Source: Kiritimatiellia bacterium (GTDB taxonomy: Bacteria; Verrucomicrobiota; Kiritimatiellia; RFP12; DVOR01). From it: DNA of 64,000 nucleotides. Below the pieces are notes generated by a model, which was given only the letters and a program-made list of their open reading frames with translations, had not been told where the DNA came from and ran no database searches. The position numbers and the translations under genes were made by a program. Each line of letters opens with the position of its first letter. Within the stretch, counting starts at the first letter, position 1. Shown here in pieces: positions 20,693 to 29,487 of this stretch. Location: the NCBI GenBank assembly GCA_017531445.1, contig JAFXKZ010000001.1, forward strand, positions 1,522 to 65,521, read 5' to 3'.

Positions 20693-21457
20693 ATGTATTG
20701 TGACGCTTACCGCCGCCTCTGTGGTTCTGCATTGGCAAAGATTTCACTCTATTTCCGCAATCCGCGTGGCTACATCATTTCGTCAATGGTCGCCGGGATG
20801 TTCATCACCTTTGGCAGTATGGTGGCATTGAGTATCGGAGGACTTTTGACGCCATTGATGGGAGGGGCGGCGAAGATTATTGCTGCAATCGCCTTCTCTT
20901 CGGCTTTGAGTTTGGCCGTAATGGCCGGGTGTGAACTCTTCACAGGGAATAACTTAGTGCTCTCGGCTGCCGCGTGGGAAAAGAAGATCTCATGGAAGAT
21001 GGCGTGGATGTTGTGGCTTGTCAATTGGTTGGGTAACTTGGTGGGGACGTGGTCGTTGATCGGACTTTACTGGGTTTCCGGGGCGAATAAAGTGCCCGAT
21101 GTGGTGAGTTATTTCCATGCAGTAGCCGCTTCAAAGGTGGCATTGGGGCCGCTTGAAATGGTGGTACGCGGCATCTTGTGCAATATCTGTGTGTGTCTGG
21201 CTATCTGGTGTGGTGTACGGATGAAGAGTGAATCCGGAAAATTGATCATGACCATCTGGTGCATCCTGATCTTTATGGTCTGCGGGTTTGAACACAGCAT
21301 TGCCAATATGAGTATCATCGGGATTGCGCTTGTGAATGCCGCAGGGCCGGAAGTCTCCGTGACAGGTTATCTCGTCAATCTCTTCTTTGTGACGATTGGA
21401 AATATCCTGGGTGCAATCTTTTTTGTGACGTTGCCTTATCAAAAGATGCGTCACTAA
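20693..21457 (+). CDS. Formate/nitrite transporter (FNT, NirC-like)
   Basis: ELFTGNN, GNLVG, GILCNICVCLA, GFEHSIANM, GNILG; ATG after GGAG (alternative GTG at 20672). Confidence 0.92.
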   Translation: MYCDAYRRLCGSALAKISLYFRNPRGYIISSMVAGMFITFGSMVALSIGGLLTPLMGGAAKIIAAIAFSSALSLAVMAGCELFTGNNLVLSAAAWEKKISWKMAWMLWLVNWLGNLVGTWSLIGLYWVSGANKVPDVVSYFHAVAASKVALGPLEMVVRGILCNICVCLAIWCGVRMKSESGKLIMTIWCILIFMVCGFEHSIANMSIIGIALVNAAGPEVSVTGYLVNLFFVTIGNILGAIFFVTLPYQKMRH

Positions 21458-21549
21458 AACAACCGATTGCGCCGATTGTGCTTGGCAGAACCGATGAAAG
21501 CGGTCTTGAACTTGCTGCGAATGTTGCGGTAAAGCTTTTGAAAAGAGTA

Positions 21550-21589
21550 AAACAAACGCACGATGCTTTTCGGCATCGTGCGTTTGTTT
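21550..21589. terminator. Bidirectional terminator
   Basis: 17-bp perfect stem AAACAAACGCACGATGC / GCATCGTGCGTTTGTTT between convergent genes. Confidence 0.8.
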
Positions 21590-21603
21590 AGAGAGCAAGA
21601 CTG

Positions 21604-22041
21604 TCAGCGCGCGTTCTTCAGTGCGCACTGGGCGCAAAAGCCCCACATCGTTACAGCCGTAGAGTGCGGCTGAAACCCTTTGGGAAGCCCCACCGATTCC
21701 TGCACGGTGGAAGGGATGTCATCCAAATCCACCAACGTGCCGCACCGGGTGCATTTGAAGTGCGCATGTTGGGAGGTGTTCCCATCATAGCGCAACTCCA
21801 AATCCTCGGAATGCACCTTGTCAGCAAGCCCGCATTCCACAAAGGCATGGAGCACATTGTAGACGGTCGTCCGCGACAGGGAGTGCAGGTGCGGGCGGAG
21901 CGCATTATAGACCACATCGACTGTGGGATGCACCGGGTGCATGGTCAGCCATTCGTAGATGGCTACACGCGCCTTGGAAGGCTGCAGTCCGTATTCCCGG
22001 AGTTTCTGATGTGTCACAGAAGATGAGGGCAAACGCGCCAT
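21604..22041 (-). CDS. perR: Fur-family regulator, PerR-like
   Basis: HPT, SRTTVYN, RYDGN, HAHFKCTRCG, CAQC; directly downstream of rubrerythrin. Confidence 0.8.
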   Translation of the reverse strand: MARLPSSSVTHQKLREYGLQPSKARVAIYEWLTMHPVHPTVDVVYNALRPHLHSLSRTTVYNVLHAFVECGLADKVHSEDLELRYDGNTSQHAHFKCTRCGTLVDLDDIPSTVQESVGLPKGFQPHSTAVTMWGFCAQCALKNAR

Positions 22042-22053
22042 GAGCCACCTCGC

Positions 22054-22605
22054 TTACTTGGCAAAATAACGCTTCAAGAGACCTTCAAAACCAGCTCCAT
22101 GGCGTGCTTCATCCTTGCACATTTCATGGACGGTATCGTGGATGGCATCAAGACCCAGCTGCTTGGCCTTCTTGGCAAGGTCGAGCTTGCCCTGGCAGGC
22201 ACCCTGCTCGGCTGCGGCGCGCAATTCAAGGTTTTTCTGCGTGGAGTCGGTAATCACTTCTCCCAGCAATTCGGCGAACTTGCAGGCGTGTTCGGCTTCT
22301 TCGTAAGCGGCCTTTTCGTAGAAAGCGGCAATCTCGGGATAACCTTCACGGGTGGCTACACGCGCCATGGCCAAATACATTCCCACCTCGGTGCACTCTC
22401 CGGTGAAGTTCATGCGCAGACCCTCGATGATCTCAGGATCGACGCCTTGCGCAACGCCTACGCGGTGTTCATCCGCCCATTCCATCTTACCGGTCTCGGC
22501 TTTTTCGATGAACTTTGTGCCGATGCAACCGCACTGGGGGCATTTATCAGGGGCGGCTTCTCCGGCGTGGACATAACCGCAAATGGGGCAAACATACTTT
22601 TTCAT
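22054..22605 (-). CDS. rbr: Reverse rubrerythrin (NADH peroxidase)
   Basis: N-terminal rubredoxin CPICGY...CPQC; [22 protein letters not shown] di-iron ligands. Confidence 0.93.
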   Translation of the reverse strand: MKKYVCPICGYVHAGEAAPDKCPQCGCIGTKFIEKAETGKMEWADEHRVGVAQGVDPEIIEGLRMNFTGECTEVGMYLAMARVATREGYPEIAAFYEKAAYEEAEHACKFAELLGEVITDSTQKNLELRAAAEQGACQGKLDLAKKAKQLGLDAIHDTVHEMCKDEARHGAGFEGLLKRYFAK

Positions 22606-22632
22606 AGGGATGATATTCCTTTCGGTTTGAAA

Positions 22633-22712
22633 CTGGAATGATTATAACATAGGTCTATGAAGCATTGCAATAACAATTTTATCTGAAATAAACTTTTTTG
22701 TAATCGCTACAG
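22633..22712 (-). promoter_or_regulatory. rbr-perR promoter with two putative Per/Fur boxes
   Basis: TTGCAA-N18-TATAAT (22670-22641); TTATAATCATTCCAG overlaps the -10; TTGTAATCGCTACAG at 22698-22712. Confidence 0.6.
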
Positions 22713-22869
22713 AATCGCGTCTGTTCCGGGGGCGGTTTTCACTGCAGTTGCTGTCCGGAAACGGCAGCTGTGATAAAATGTGTCACCTCTCCGGCGTGAA
22801 CGCGTAATGTGAAGCGAAAGGTCGTATCAGCTTTTGGCAATGTTCGCATCGGGCGAAAAACTTTGAAAG

Positions 22870-23382
22870 GTGGGTGTAAGGCGGATGTCTTTTACGGGAA
22901 AACAAGGGTGGTACAAGGCGGTTTTCTGGTGTCGGCAAGCCTTGGCCTGTGCAGTGTTGCTGGCGGTTTTGTGGGCATCGGTAGCGGATAGTGATGGGAT
23001 GCGTCAGCATGAACTGATGCATTTTTTGGTTGCACTTCACCGTTTAACGGGGTGGGAAGTGGATAAAATTGTCCACGGGATAATGTATTGTATCGTGTGC
23101 GGTGCGTTTTGGATTGCCTTGCCGCCGAAGCTCTGGAGATGGTCGTCTCCATGGTGGGCGTTTCTCTTTGCTTCGGTGTGGGGGCTGCTGATGGAGATAT
23201 TGCAAGGGGTGATGTGGCAGCTTGATCTTGGGACGCGTTCGTTTGATGTGATGGATATCGTAGCGAATCTGATGGGGGCTGGCTGCACGGCAGTATGTGC
23301 GATGGGCGTGATGCATTTGTGGCGGCGCGTCAGGGGGAATACGCTGAAAGAGCAGATATTTTTGTGTGAAAGCGACGGATAA
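22870..23382 (+). CDS. VanZ-family membrane protein
   Basis: DKIVHGIMY, MEILQG, RSFDVMDIVANLMG; start uncertain. Confidence 0.85.
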   Translation: MGVRRMSFTGKQGWYKAVFWCRQALACAVLLAVLWASVADSDGMRQHELMHFLVALHRLTGWEVDKIVHGIMYCIVCGAFWIALPPKLWRWSSPWWAFLFASVWGLLMEILQGVMWQLDLGTRSFDVMDIVANLMGAGCTAVCAMGVMHLWRRVRGNTLKEQIFLCESDG

Positions 23383-23491
23383 AATGCGTGAAAAGGGGCG
23401 CAAAGTGCAGAGTTGTGCTAAAGTATTAACAGGTCGTTTTGAAGGCGCGTTGCCCATGACGGCCTGTGAGTTTTTCTGAAAGGAGTCAAAG

Positions 23492-24358
23492 ATGACTTGG
23501 GGCTTTTCTTCCTATGAAACGCGTTTCCGTTGGGCGGCGGCGGTATGGGTGGTGCTGATGACCATCTGGTGTATGAGCCCGCTCCCTTGGCAGGTGCGGC
23601 TGACAGGCGCGGCGATCTGGTTGGGCATTACCGTGCTGATTTCGCTTTGGGTCGCCTGGTGGCGGCCGCGTTCCGAGCGCGATGTGCCGATTTTCCTCTG
23701 CTTTAATCATGTTGCCGAGCAGCCGGTAGAGGCGGCGCATCCGGAGCAAACGATTTCGCCGCGCGCGTTGGAAACCTTGATCCGCAACTTGAAAGCTGCG
23801 GGTTATCGTCTGCAAACCGCTTCCGAAGCGATTGCAGCGCCGGATCGGAAATCGGTGGTGATGACCTTTGATGGGGGCGCACGGAATGCGTTTTTTGAGC
23901 TTTTCCCGATTTTGCGCCGGTTGAATGCCAAAGCAACGTGTCTGATTCCAGCGCATGATCCGCTCGATGCCGACCAGCTGCGCGTGTTGGAGATTCAGGA
24001 AATGATGCGCTCGGGTCTGGTGGAATTTGGTGCAACGCTGACTGCCGATCAGGCGGCTTCGGCTACGTTAAAAGACGACGTTGTACGTACGCGCCGTTGG
24101 ATGACCGGTGTGCTGGGGCGGCAACCGGAAACGTTTTCGCTGCCCGATGGCGCAGAGGTTCAGACGGTGCGTGAGGCAATTGTCGCGGCAGGCTATCGGT
24201 ATCTCTTTACAAAGGGCAAGTATATGCGCCCTGTCGCGGAAAACCCCTTGGATATTCATCGGCGCATGATTCCCGGCAACCGCCGCCCGCTGCAAATCTA
24301 TCTGTTGGCGACCCGCGGACGGTACCGCGTGGGCTCCTCGCTGAAGCAGTCGCGCTAA
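23492..24358 (+). CDS. Polysaccharide deacetylase (CE4/NodB)-like protein, membrane-anchored, degenerate active site
   Basis: PIFLCFNHV, SVVMTFDGG, FPILRRLNAKAT, MRSGLVEFG; two N-terminal hydrophobic segments. Confidence 0.75.
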   Translation: MTWGFSSYETRFRWAAAVWVVLMTIWCMSPLPWQVRLTGAAIWLGITVLISLWVAWWRPRSERDVPIFLCFNHVAEQPVEAAHPEQTISPRALETLIRNLKAAGYRLQTASEAIAAPDRKSVVMTFDGGARNAFFELFPILRRLNAKATCLIPAHDPLDADQLRVLEIQEMMRSGLVEFGATLTADQAASATLKDDVVRTRRWMTGVLGRQPETFSLPDGAEVQTVREAIVAAGYRYLFTKGKYMRPVAENPLDIHRRMIPGNRRPLQIYLLATRGRYRVGSSLKQSR

Positions 24359-24438
24359 GTGGGCGATAGTGAGGGATCAACATCGGCGACATTGCGCTCT
24401 GAAGTGGGCGACATTGCAAGCCAACTTCGGCGATCTGT
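24355..24438. repeat. 22-bp phased pseudo-palindrome array C
   Basis: Cores at 24361, 24384, 24406, 24428. Confidence 0.85.
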
Positions 24439-24509
24439 AAAAGGCTTTCCGGGGGGAGTCTTTCCGGCGTAGTGCCGGAAGCGAAAAAGCATCGGGAGGG
24501 AATACGGTT

Positions 24510-25433
24510 ATGTCCATTTGCGATTCAGTATTGAATACCATCCATCATACGCCGCTAATTCGTCTCAACCGCTTCAATGACGGGGCGGCGGAAATTCTGG
24601 CCAAAGTGGAATCGTTCAATCCCGGCGGCAGTATCAAAGACCGGGTGGCACTTGCAATGATTGAAGCTGCCGAGCGCGACGGTGTGCTCTCTGCGGGGGG
24701 AATGATTATCGAGCCGACCAGCGGCAATACCGGCATCGGTCTGGCACTGGTGGCGGCCGTAAAGGGTTATCGGCTCATTCTGACGATGCCTGAAACCATG
24801 AGCGCGGAACGCCGGAAGCTTCTGGCGGCGTATGGTGCAGAGATTGTGCTTACGCCCGGCGCGGAGGGAATGCGCGGAGCGATCGAGAAGGCTTTTGCAC
24901 TGCAACGTGAACATCCGGGGAGTTTTATCCCGCAACAGTTTGAAAATCCGGCCAATCCGGAGGCGCACCGTCAGCAGACAGCACAGGAACTTTTGGCAGA
25001 TACAGAGGAGCAAATGGATGTTCTTGTGGCCGGCGTTGGGACGGGAGGGACGCTTTCCGGCATCGGAGCTGCACTGCGCGAACGCTTGCCTTCGTTGGAA
25101 ATCATCGCGGTTGAGCCCGATACCTCGGCGGTGCTCAGTGGCGGAAAACCCGGAGCCCACCTCTTGCAGGGCATCGGTGCGGGCTTCGTCCCAAAGAATC
25201 TTGAGACGGCTTTGATTACGCGTGTGTTCGCCGTTTCGGCAGAGGCTGCCGGCATCGCTGCGCGCAACGTGGCAAAACAGGAGGGATTGCTGGTGGGAAT
25301 TTCCTCCGGGGCTGCGCTTCATGCCGCCCGGCAACTCTCGCACGAGGCGGCCTATGCCGGTAAGCGGATTGTGGTTGTCCTTCCCGATGGCGGCGACCGT
25401 TATCTTTCAACATGGCTCTTTGAAACGCCTTGA
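24510..25433 (+). CDS. cysK: Cysteine synthase A
   Basis: NPGGSIKDR, EPTSGNTG, QQFENPAN, GVGTGGT, QGIGAG, GISSGA. Confidence 0.95.
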   Translation: MSICDSVLNTIHHTPLIRLNRFNDGAAEILAKVESFNPGGSIKDRVALAMIEAAERDGVLSAGGMIIEPTSGNTGIGLALVAAVKGYRLILTMPETMSAERRKLLAAYGAEIVLTPGAEGMRGAIEKAFALQREHPGSFIPQQFENPANPEAHRQQTAQELLADTEEQMDVLVAGVGTGGTLSGIGAALRERLPSLEIIAVEPDTSAVLSGGKPGAHLLQGIGAGFVPKNLETALITRVFAVSAEAAGIAARNVAKQEGLLVGISSGAALHAARQLSHEAAYAGKRIVVVLPDGGDRYLSTWLFETP

Positions 25434-25675
25434 GTGTGCGCCGCGGAGCGTGTTGTGCCCGCAAGGGGTGAGACGTTTTGAAGGGGCGTTGTGCCGCAGG
25501 GGATCTTCCCGCGTCGCCGTGTGATTGCGGCAGCTGCATTGAATCGTTTTCAGCGCATCTGCTTGAGGTGCCCGTTCCCCGGGCGGGATGATACTTTAGG
25601 CTTGATTTTCCTGCGTCAAAAGCGTATCCTTTTATAAAAAGGTAGTCAGCGTTGTCTGCCATTAAGGATGGTGAT

Positions 25676-26764
25676 ATGGAAGCGGAATCCAGAAAAGCCG
25701 ACCCCACCGTAGAGGTCGAACAATTCGGCAAGTTGCCGGATGGCACCGTGGTGCTGAAGTATACGCTCAAAAACGGGCTCGGCGCAGAGCTTGAAGTTTT
25801 GGAGTATGGCGGCACCGTGCGTGCGTTCAAAGTGCCGGCTCCGGATGGACAATTGCGGAATATCATTGTCGGCCCTGATACATTGGAAGGTTGGCTGGAA
25901 AATCCCTACTATGGCGCGCTCATCGGGCGTGTAGGCAATCGTATCGCCGATGGCAAATTCACTTTAGGGGGGAAGACCTACGCACTGGCTACCAATAATG
26001 CACCGGGCGGCATCCCCTGCGCATTGCACGGAGGCGAAGAGGGCTTTAATGCGAAACTCTGGAAGATTCGTGCCTTTTTTGAGGGAGATGATGCGTGTAT
26101 CCGGTTGACATTAGACTCCCCTGACGGCGACCAAGGTTATCCGGGAAATGTTCATGCCGAGGTGGTTTACGCGCTTACTCCCGACAATACATGGCGCATC
26201 ACCTATGCGCTTACAGCAGATGCGCCCACGCCGGTCAGCATGACGCAGCATGCTTATTTCAACTTGAAAGGATGCGCGCAGGGCGATGTGCTCGACCACA
26301 CCTTGCTGGTAGACGCCGCGCGCTATACACCGGTCAATGCCGGTTTGATTCCTTTGGGCGACCTGGCTCCTGTGGCAGGGACGCCGTTTGACTTTACCAC
26401 ACCCCACACGCTTGGCGGGCAGATTGAGGCAGAGAACGAACAAATCCGGTTCGGTGCGGGGTATGATCACAATTTTGTGTTGGATCATCCTGAAGGAGAA
26501 TTGGGGCGCGCGTGCGTGCTTACGGCTCCCGATGGCATGAAAATGGAAGTATGGACAGACCAACCCGGCATGCAGGTCTACACGGGAAATTACATCCCTG
26601 ATGGCATGATGACGCCGGAAGGTGCAACGGTTCGCCGTGGCGGTGTGGCGTTGGAAACGCAGCACTTCGCCGACAGTGTGAATCAACCTCACTTCCCGAG
26701 CATCATTCTCCGCCCCGGAGAAGTGTTGCGCACCACCACAGAATATCGTTTCCCCCGGGCATGA
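25676..26764 (+). CDS. galM: Aldose 1-epimerase (galactose mutarotase)
   Basis: GRVGNRI, LHGG, GYPGN, QHAYFNL, YDHNF, QVYTGN, ALETQ. Confidence 0.93.
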   Translation: MEAESRKADPTVEVEQFGKLPDGTVVLKYTLKNGLGAELEVLEYGGTVRAFKVPAPDGQLRNIIVGPDTLEGWLENPYYGALIGRVGNRIADGKFTLGGKTYALATNNAPGGIPCALHGGEEGFNAKLWKIRAFFEGDDACIRLTLDSPDGDQGYPGNVHAEVVYALTPDNTWRITYALTADAPTPVSMTQHAYFNLKGCAQGDVLDHTLLVDAARYTPVNAGLIPLGDLAPVAGTPFDFTTPHTLGGQIEAENEQIRFGAGYDHNFVLDHPEGELGRACVLTAPDGMKMEVWTDQPGMQVYTGNYIPDGMMTPEGATVRRGGVALETQHFADSVNQPHFPSIILRPGEVLRTTTEYRFPRA

Positions 26765-26814
26765 CTTGAGGGGATTTTCCTACGTTATCATCAACTCTTA
26801 GCAAGGAATCTATC

Positions 26815-28827
26815 ATGGGAGACCTCATTATCGACGCGTTAGTCTTCTTTGGCTTTATCGCGTGTGTCCTCTTTGTCGGCTTCTTCAAAAGCCGTAAAAA
26901 AGCCGGAGAAGGCGAGCAGAACGCGGAAGACTACTTCCTTGCCGGACGCGGCCTCAGCTGGTGGCTCATCGGTTTTTCGTTGATTGCTGCCAACATCTCC
27001 GCCGAACAGTTTGTCGGTATGTCGGGGCAGGGTGCCGGTCTTGAAGGCATCTCTTGCGCCTCATGGGAATGGATTGCCGCCATTACGTTGGTCGTGGTGG
27101 CCTTTTGTATGTTGCCTTACTTCCTGAAGACCGGTATCACAACCATGCCGGAGTTTCTGGAGGTGCGCTACAACCACGTCGCCCGTACGCTGATGACGGT
27201 CTCGATGATCGGGATTCTCATTGTCGCTTCGTTGATTGGCGTTACCTATGCCGGTTCGCTCGTGATGTGGCAGCTGTTCAATGCGTTTGGCGTGGGAATT
27301 ACGTTCCCCACGTGTTGCATTATTATGTCGGTAATTGCCGGAGCGTATGTGCTGTTTGGCGGGCTCAAAGCCTGTGCGTGGGCAGATCTTATTCAGGGAG
27401 CTGCACTTATCGTCGGTGGTGGGGTGATTGCTTACTTCGCCATCAAGTATCTGGGTGAAGCTCCGGCAGACACGCTTGTCGGCTTTGGGGGTGAGACCAC
27501 GGAAGCAGCAGGCGCACTTGAACGTTTTCAGGATCTCAACGCTGCCAAGATGCACATGGGGCGTCCTGCTACGGATGCGGCCATGCCGTGGACAATTCTC
27601 ATTATGGGTATCTGGATTCCCAATTTCTATTATTGGGGTTTGAATCAGTACATTACCCAGCGCATTCTCGGCTCGGGTTCGCTCGCGGAAGGTCAGAAGG
27701 GCATTGTCTTTGCGGCGGCCCTCAAGCTTATTATTCCCTTTATCATCGTGATTCCCGGCATTATTGCGTTCAATCTCTGCGCGCCGAAAATGGCGCAAGA
27801 CTCTGCCAAGTCCATCGTGGAAAAGGTGCAGAAGGGTGAATACAAGGCGGATGAACTGGTGGTGTGCTATTCGCTTTCGGCAGATATGGCAACGGCTGAT
27901 CAATCCAATATCGCGCTTTCCAAGGCGTTAGGTCCTGAGGTTGTGGGCAAGTTGCAGACGCACAATGCGCCGCTTCTTGCCAAGATTGCCGATACGCTCG
28001 GTTGCCCGGTTGCGGCACTGGGCCCCGACAAGATTATTCCCGCTGCCGCCAAGGGAAAGGCCGGTTACATCACGTTGAAGGACGGTACCGACATCAAGGT
28101 GGTTGACAATACCTACAAGTATGATGGTGCGCTCGGTCATTTGATGGATATGCTCCCGAAGAATAAGGGTGTACTCGGCTTCGTGCTCGCCGCACTGCTC
28201 GGTGCGATTGTTTCTTCACTTGCCGCCGTGCTCAATGCCACCTCCACGCTTTTCACGATGGATATCTTCCAGCGTTATCTCAAGCCGGATGCCAAGCCTG
28301 CAACGCTGGTGTTCATGGGGCGTATGGTCACAATCGTGCTGGCCGTGCTCGGATGTGTGGTTGCTGCCGGTTTGAAGTCGGAGTCGATTTTCAAGTACAT
28401 TCAGGAAGTGCAGTGCTACGTTTCGCCCGGCATCTTTGCGGTGTTCGCTTTCGGTATGCTCAATCGCTCGGGCGGACGCTGGGGTGGCGTGTGCGGTCTT
28501 ATCTTCGCGCCTGTGGTGTTCTACTTCCTCAACACTTGGGGGTGGGACTGCTTCCCCTCGTGGATTCTTGGACCGCTCAGCGGTATTGAATGTCTCGGCA
28601 TCCCGGCTGATGGCGGCTCGATGCACTATCTGATCGCCGCTTCCTACACGCTGGTGCTGACGCTTCTTTTCATGCTGATCTACAGCTTGATCTGGAAGCT
28701 TCCGACGGCGGAAAAGGTGGAATTCAAGACCAATACCACGCTGGATCTGACCATGTCCAAGGGCGCATTGATTGCCGGCTTTGTGGTCTGCATTCTCACT
28801 ATCGCGCTCTACGTTTACTTCTGGTAA
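26815..28827 (+). CDS. Sodium:solute symporter (SGLT-like sugar transporter)
   Basis: DYFLAGR, ANISAEQFVGMSG, TMPEFLEVRY, GGLKA, YWGLNQYITQR; multiple TM helices. Confidence 0.93.
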   Translation: MGDLIIDALVFFGFIACVLFVGFFKSRKKAGEGEQNAEDYFLAGRGLSWWLIGFSLIAANISAEQFVGMSGQGAGLEGISCASWEWIAAITLVVVAFCMLPYFLKTGITTMPEFLEVRYNHVARTLMTVSMIGILIVASLIGVTYAGSLVMWQLFNAFGVGITFPTCCIIMSVIAGAYVLFGGLKACAWADLIQGAALIVGGGVIAYFAIKYLGEAPADTLVGFGGETTEAAGALERFQDLNAAKMHMGRPATDAAMPWTILIMGIWIPNFYYWGLNQYITQRILGSGSLAEGQKGIVFAAALKLIIPFIIVIPGIIAFNLCAPKMAQDSAKSIVEKVQKGEYKADELVVCYSLSADMATADQSNIALSKALGPEVVGKLQTHNAPLLAKIADTLGCPVAALGPDKIIPAAAKGKAGYITLKDGTDIKVVDNTYKYDGALGHLMDMLPKNKGVLGFVLAALLGAIVSSLAAVLNATSTLFTMDIFQRYLKPDAKPATLVFMGRMVTIVLAVLGCVVAAGLKSESIFKYIQEVQCYVSPGIFAVFAFGMLNRSGGRWGGVCGLIFAPVVFYFLNTWGWDCFPSWILGPLSGIECLGIPADGGSMHYLIAASYTLVLTLLFMLIYSLIWKLPTAEKVEFKTNTTLDLTMSKGALIAGFVVCILTIALYVYFW

Positions 28828-28853
28828 GACGCAGTTCCTGCGCATTGCTGTTC

Positions 28854-28893
28854 AACGCGTCTCCGGTTTTTCCCGGAGGCGCGTTTCATTTTC
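28854..28893 (+). terminator. Intrinsic terminator
   Basis: AACGCGTCTCCGG / CCGGAGGCGCGTT stem followed by TCATTTT. Confidence 0.7.
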
Positions 28894-28989
28894 AGCAGGC
28901 GTGTGCGCCAAAATGGGGCGGTTCATGTGCGTAACGTGTGCGGTTTGCATATTGACATGGGGGCCGTTTTGATTCTTTCGGGATCTTAA

Positions 28990-29082
28990 TGCTGCGGAAA
29001 AAGGCCAAAAAATAGTCCCTGTACCAATGCACCTGCGGCATCGCGGGGACTCAGTGCTGCGGAGAAAAGGCCGAAAAATAGT
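28990..29082. repeat. Two 27-28 bp direct repeats flanking a hairpin
   Basis: TGCTGCGGAAAAAGGCCAAAAAATAGT (28990) and TGCTGCGGAGAAAAGGCCGAAAAATAGT (29055); AGTCCC...GGGACT stem between them. Confidence 0.7.
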
Positions 29083-29171
29083 ATCAACGCGATGGCGGAT
29101 GCTTTTGACAGATCCCGTGATCGCGGCGGATTCTTAGCATGGTTGTTTTTTCAAAGCAAAGCTCTTGCGCG

Positions 29172-29388
29172 TGAAGATGCCCGTTGGTGGCGTTGAAGAG
29201 GGGCAAAGTGGTGCTACAATGTGGGCGAACTGCAGAAGCAATCCGGGCGAAGTTGAAGTTTACTGCCGCCCAAATTGAAACGCCTTTCCGCCTTGCTGTG
29301 TGCCAGTGAGCCCGCGCCACTCCAGATTTAATGCCGCTCAATTGAAAAGACTTTCCGCCGGGAGAGACCTTGCGCTCCGGCGAAAGCA
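29172..29388. repeat. Long degenerate 22-bp phased array I
   Basis: Cores at 29178, 29201, 29223, 29245, 29267, 29289, then 29356, 29378 still in register. Confidence 0.7.
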
Positions 29389-29487
29389 CGTTTTCTAAAT
29401 CCGCAGGAAAGCGGGGGGGTCAAGACGTGTGTTACATTTCTTTAGTGCGATTAACGACTGCGCCAGCGATGGGTGCGATTTCCGGTT

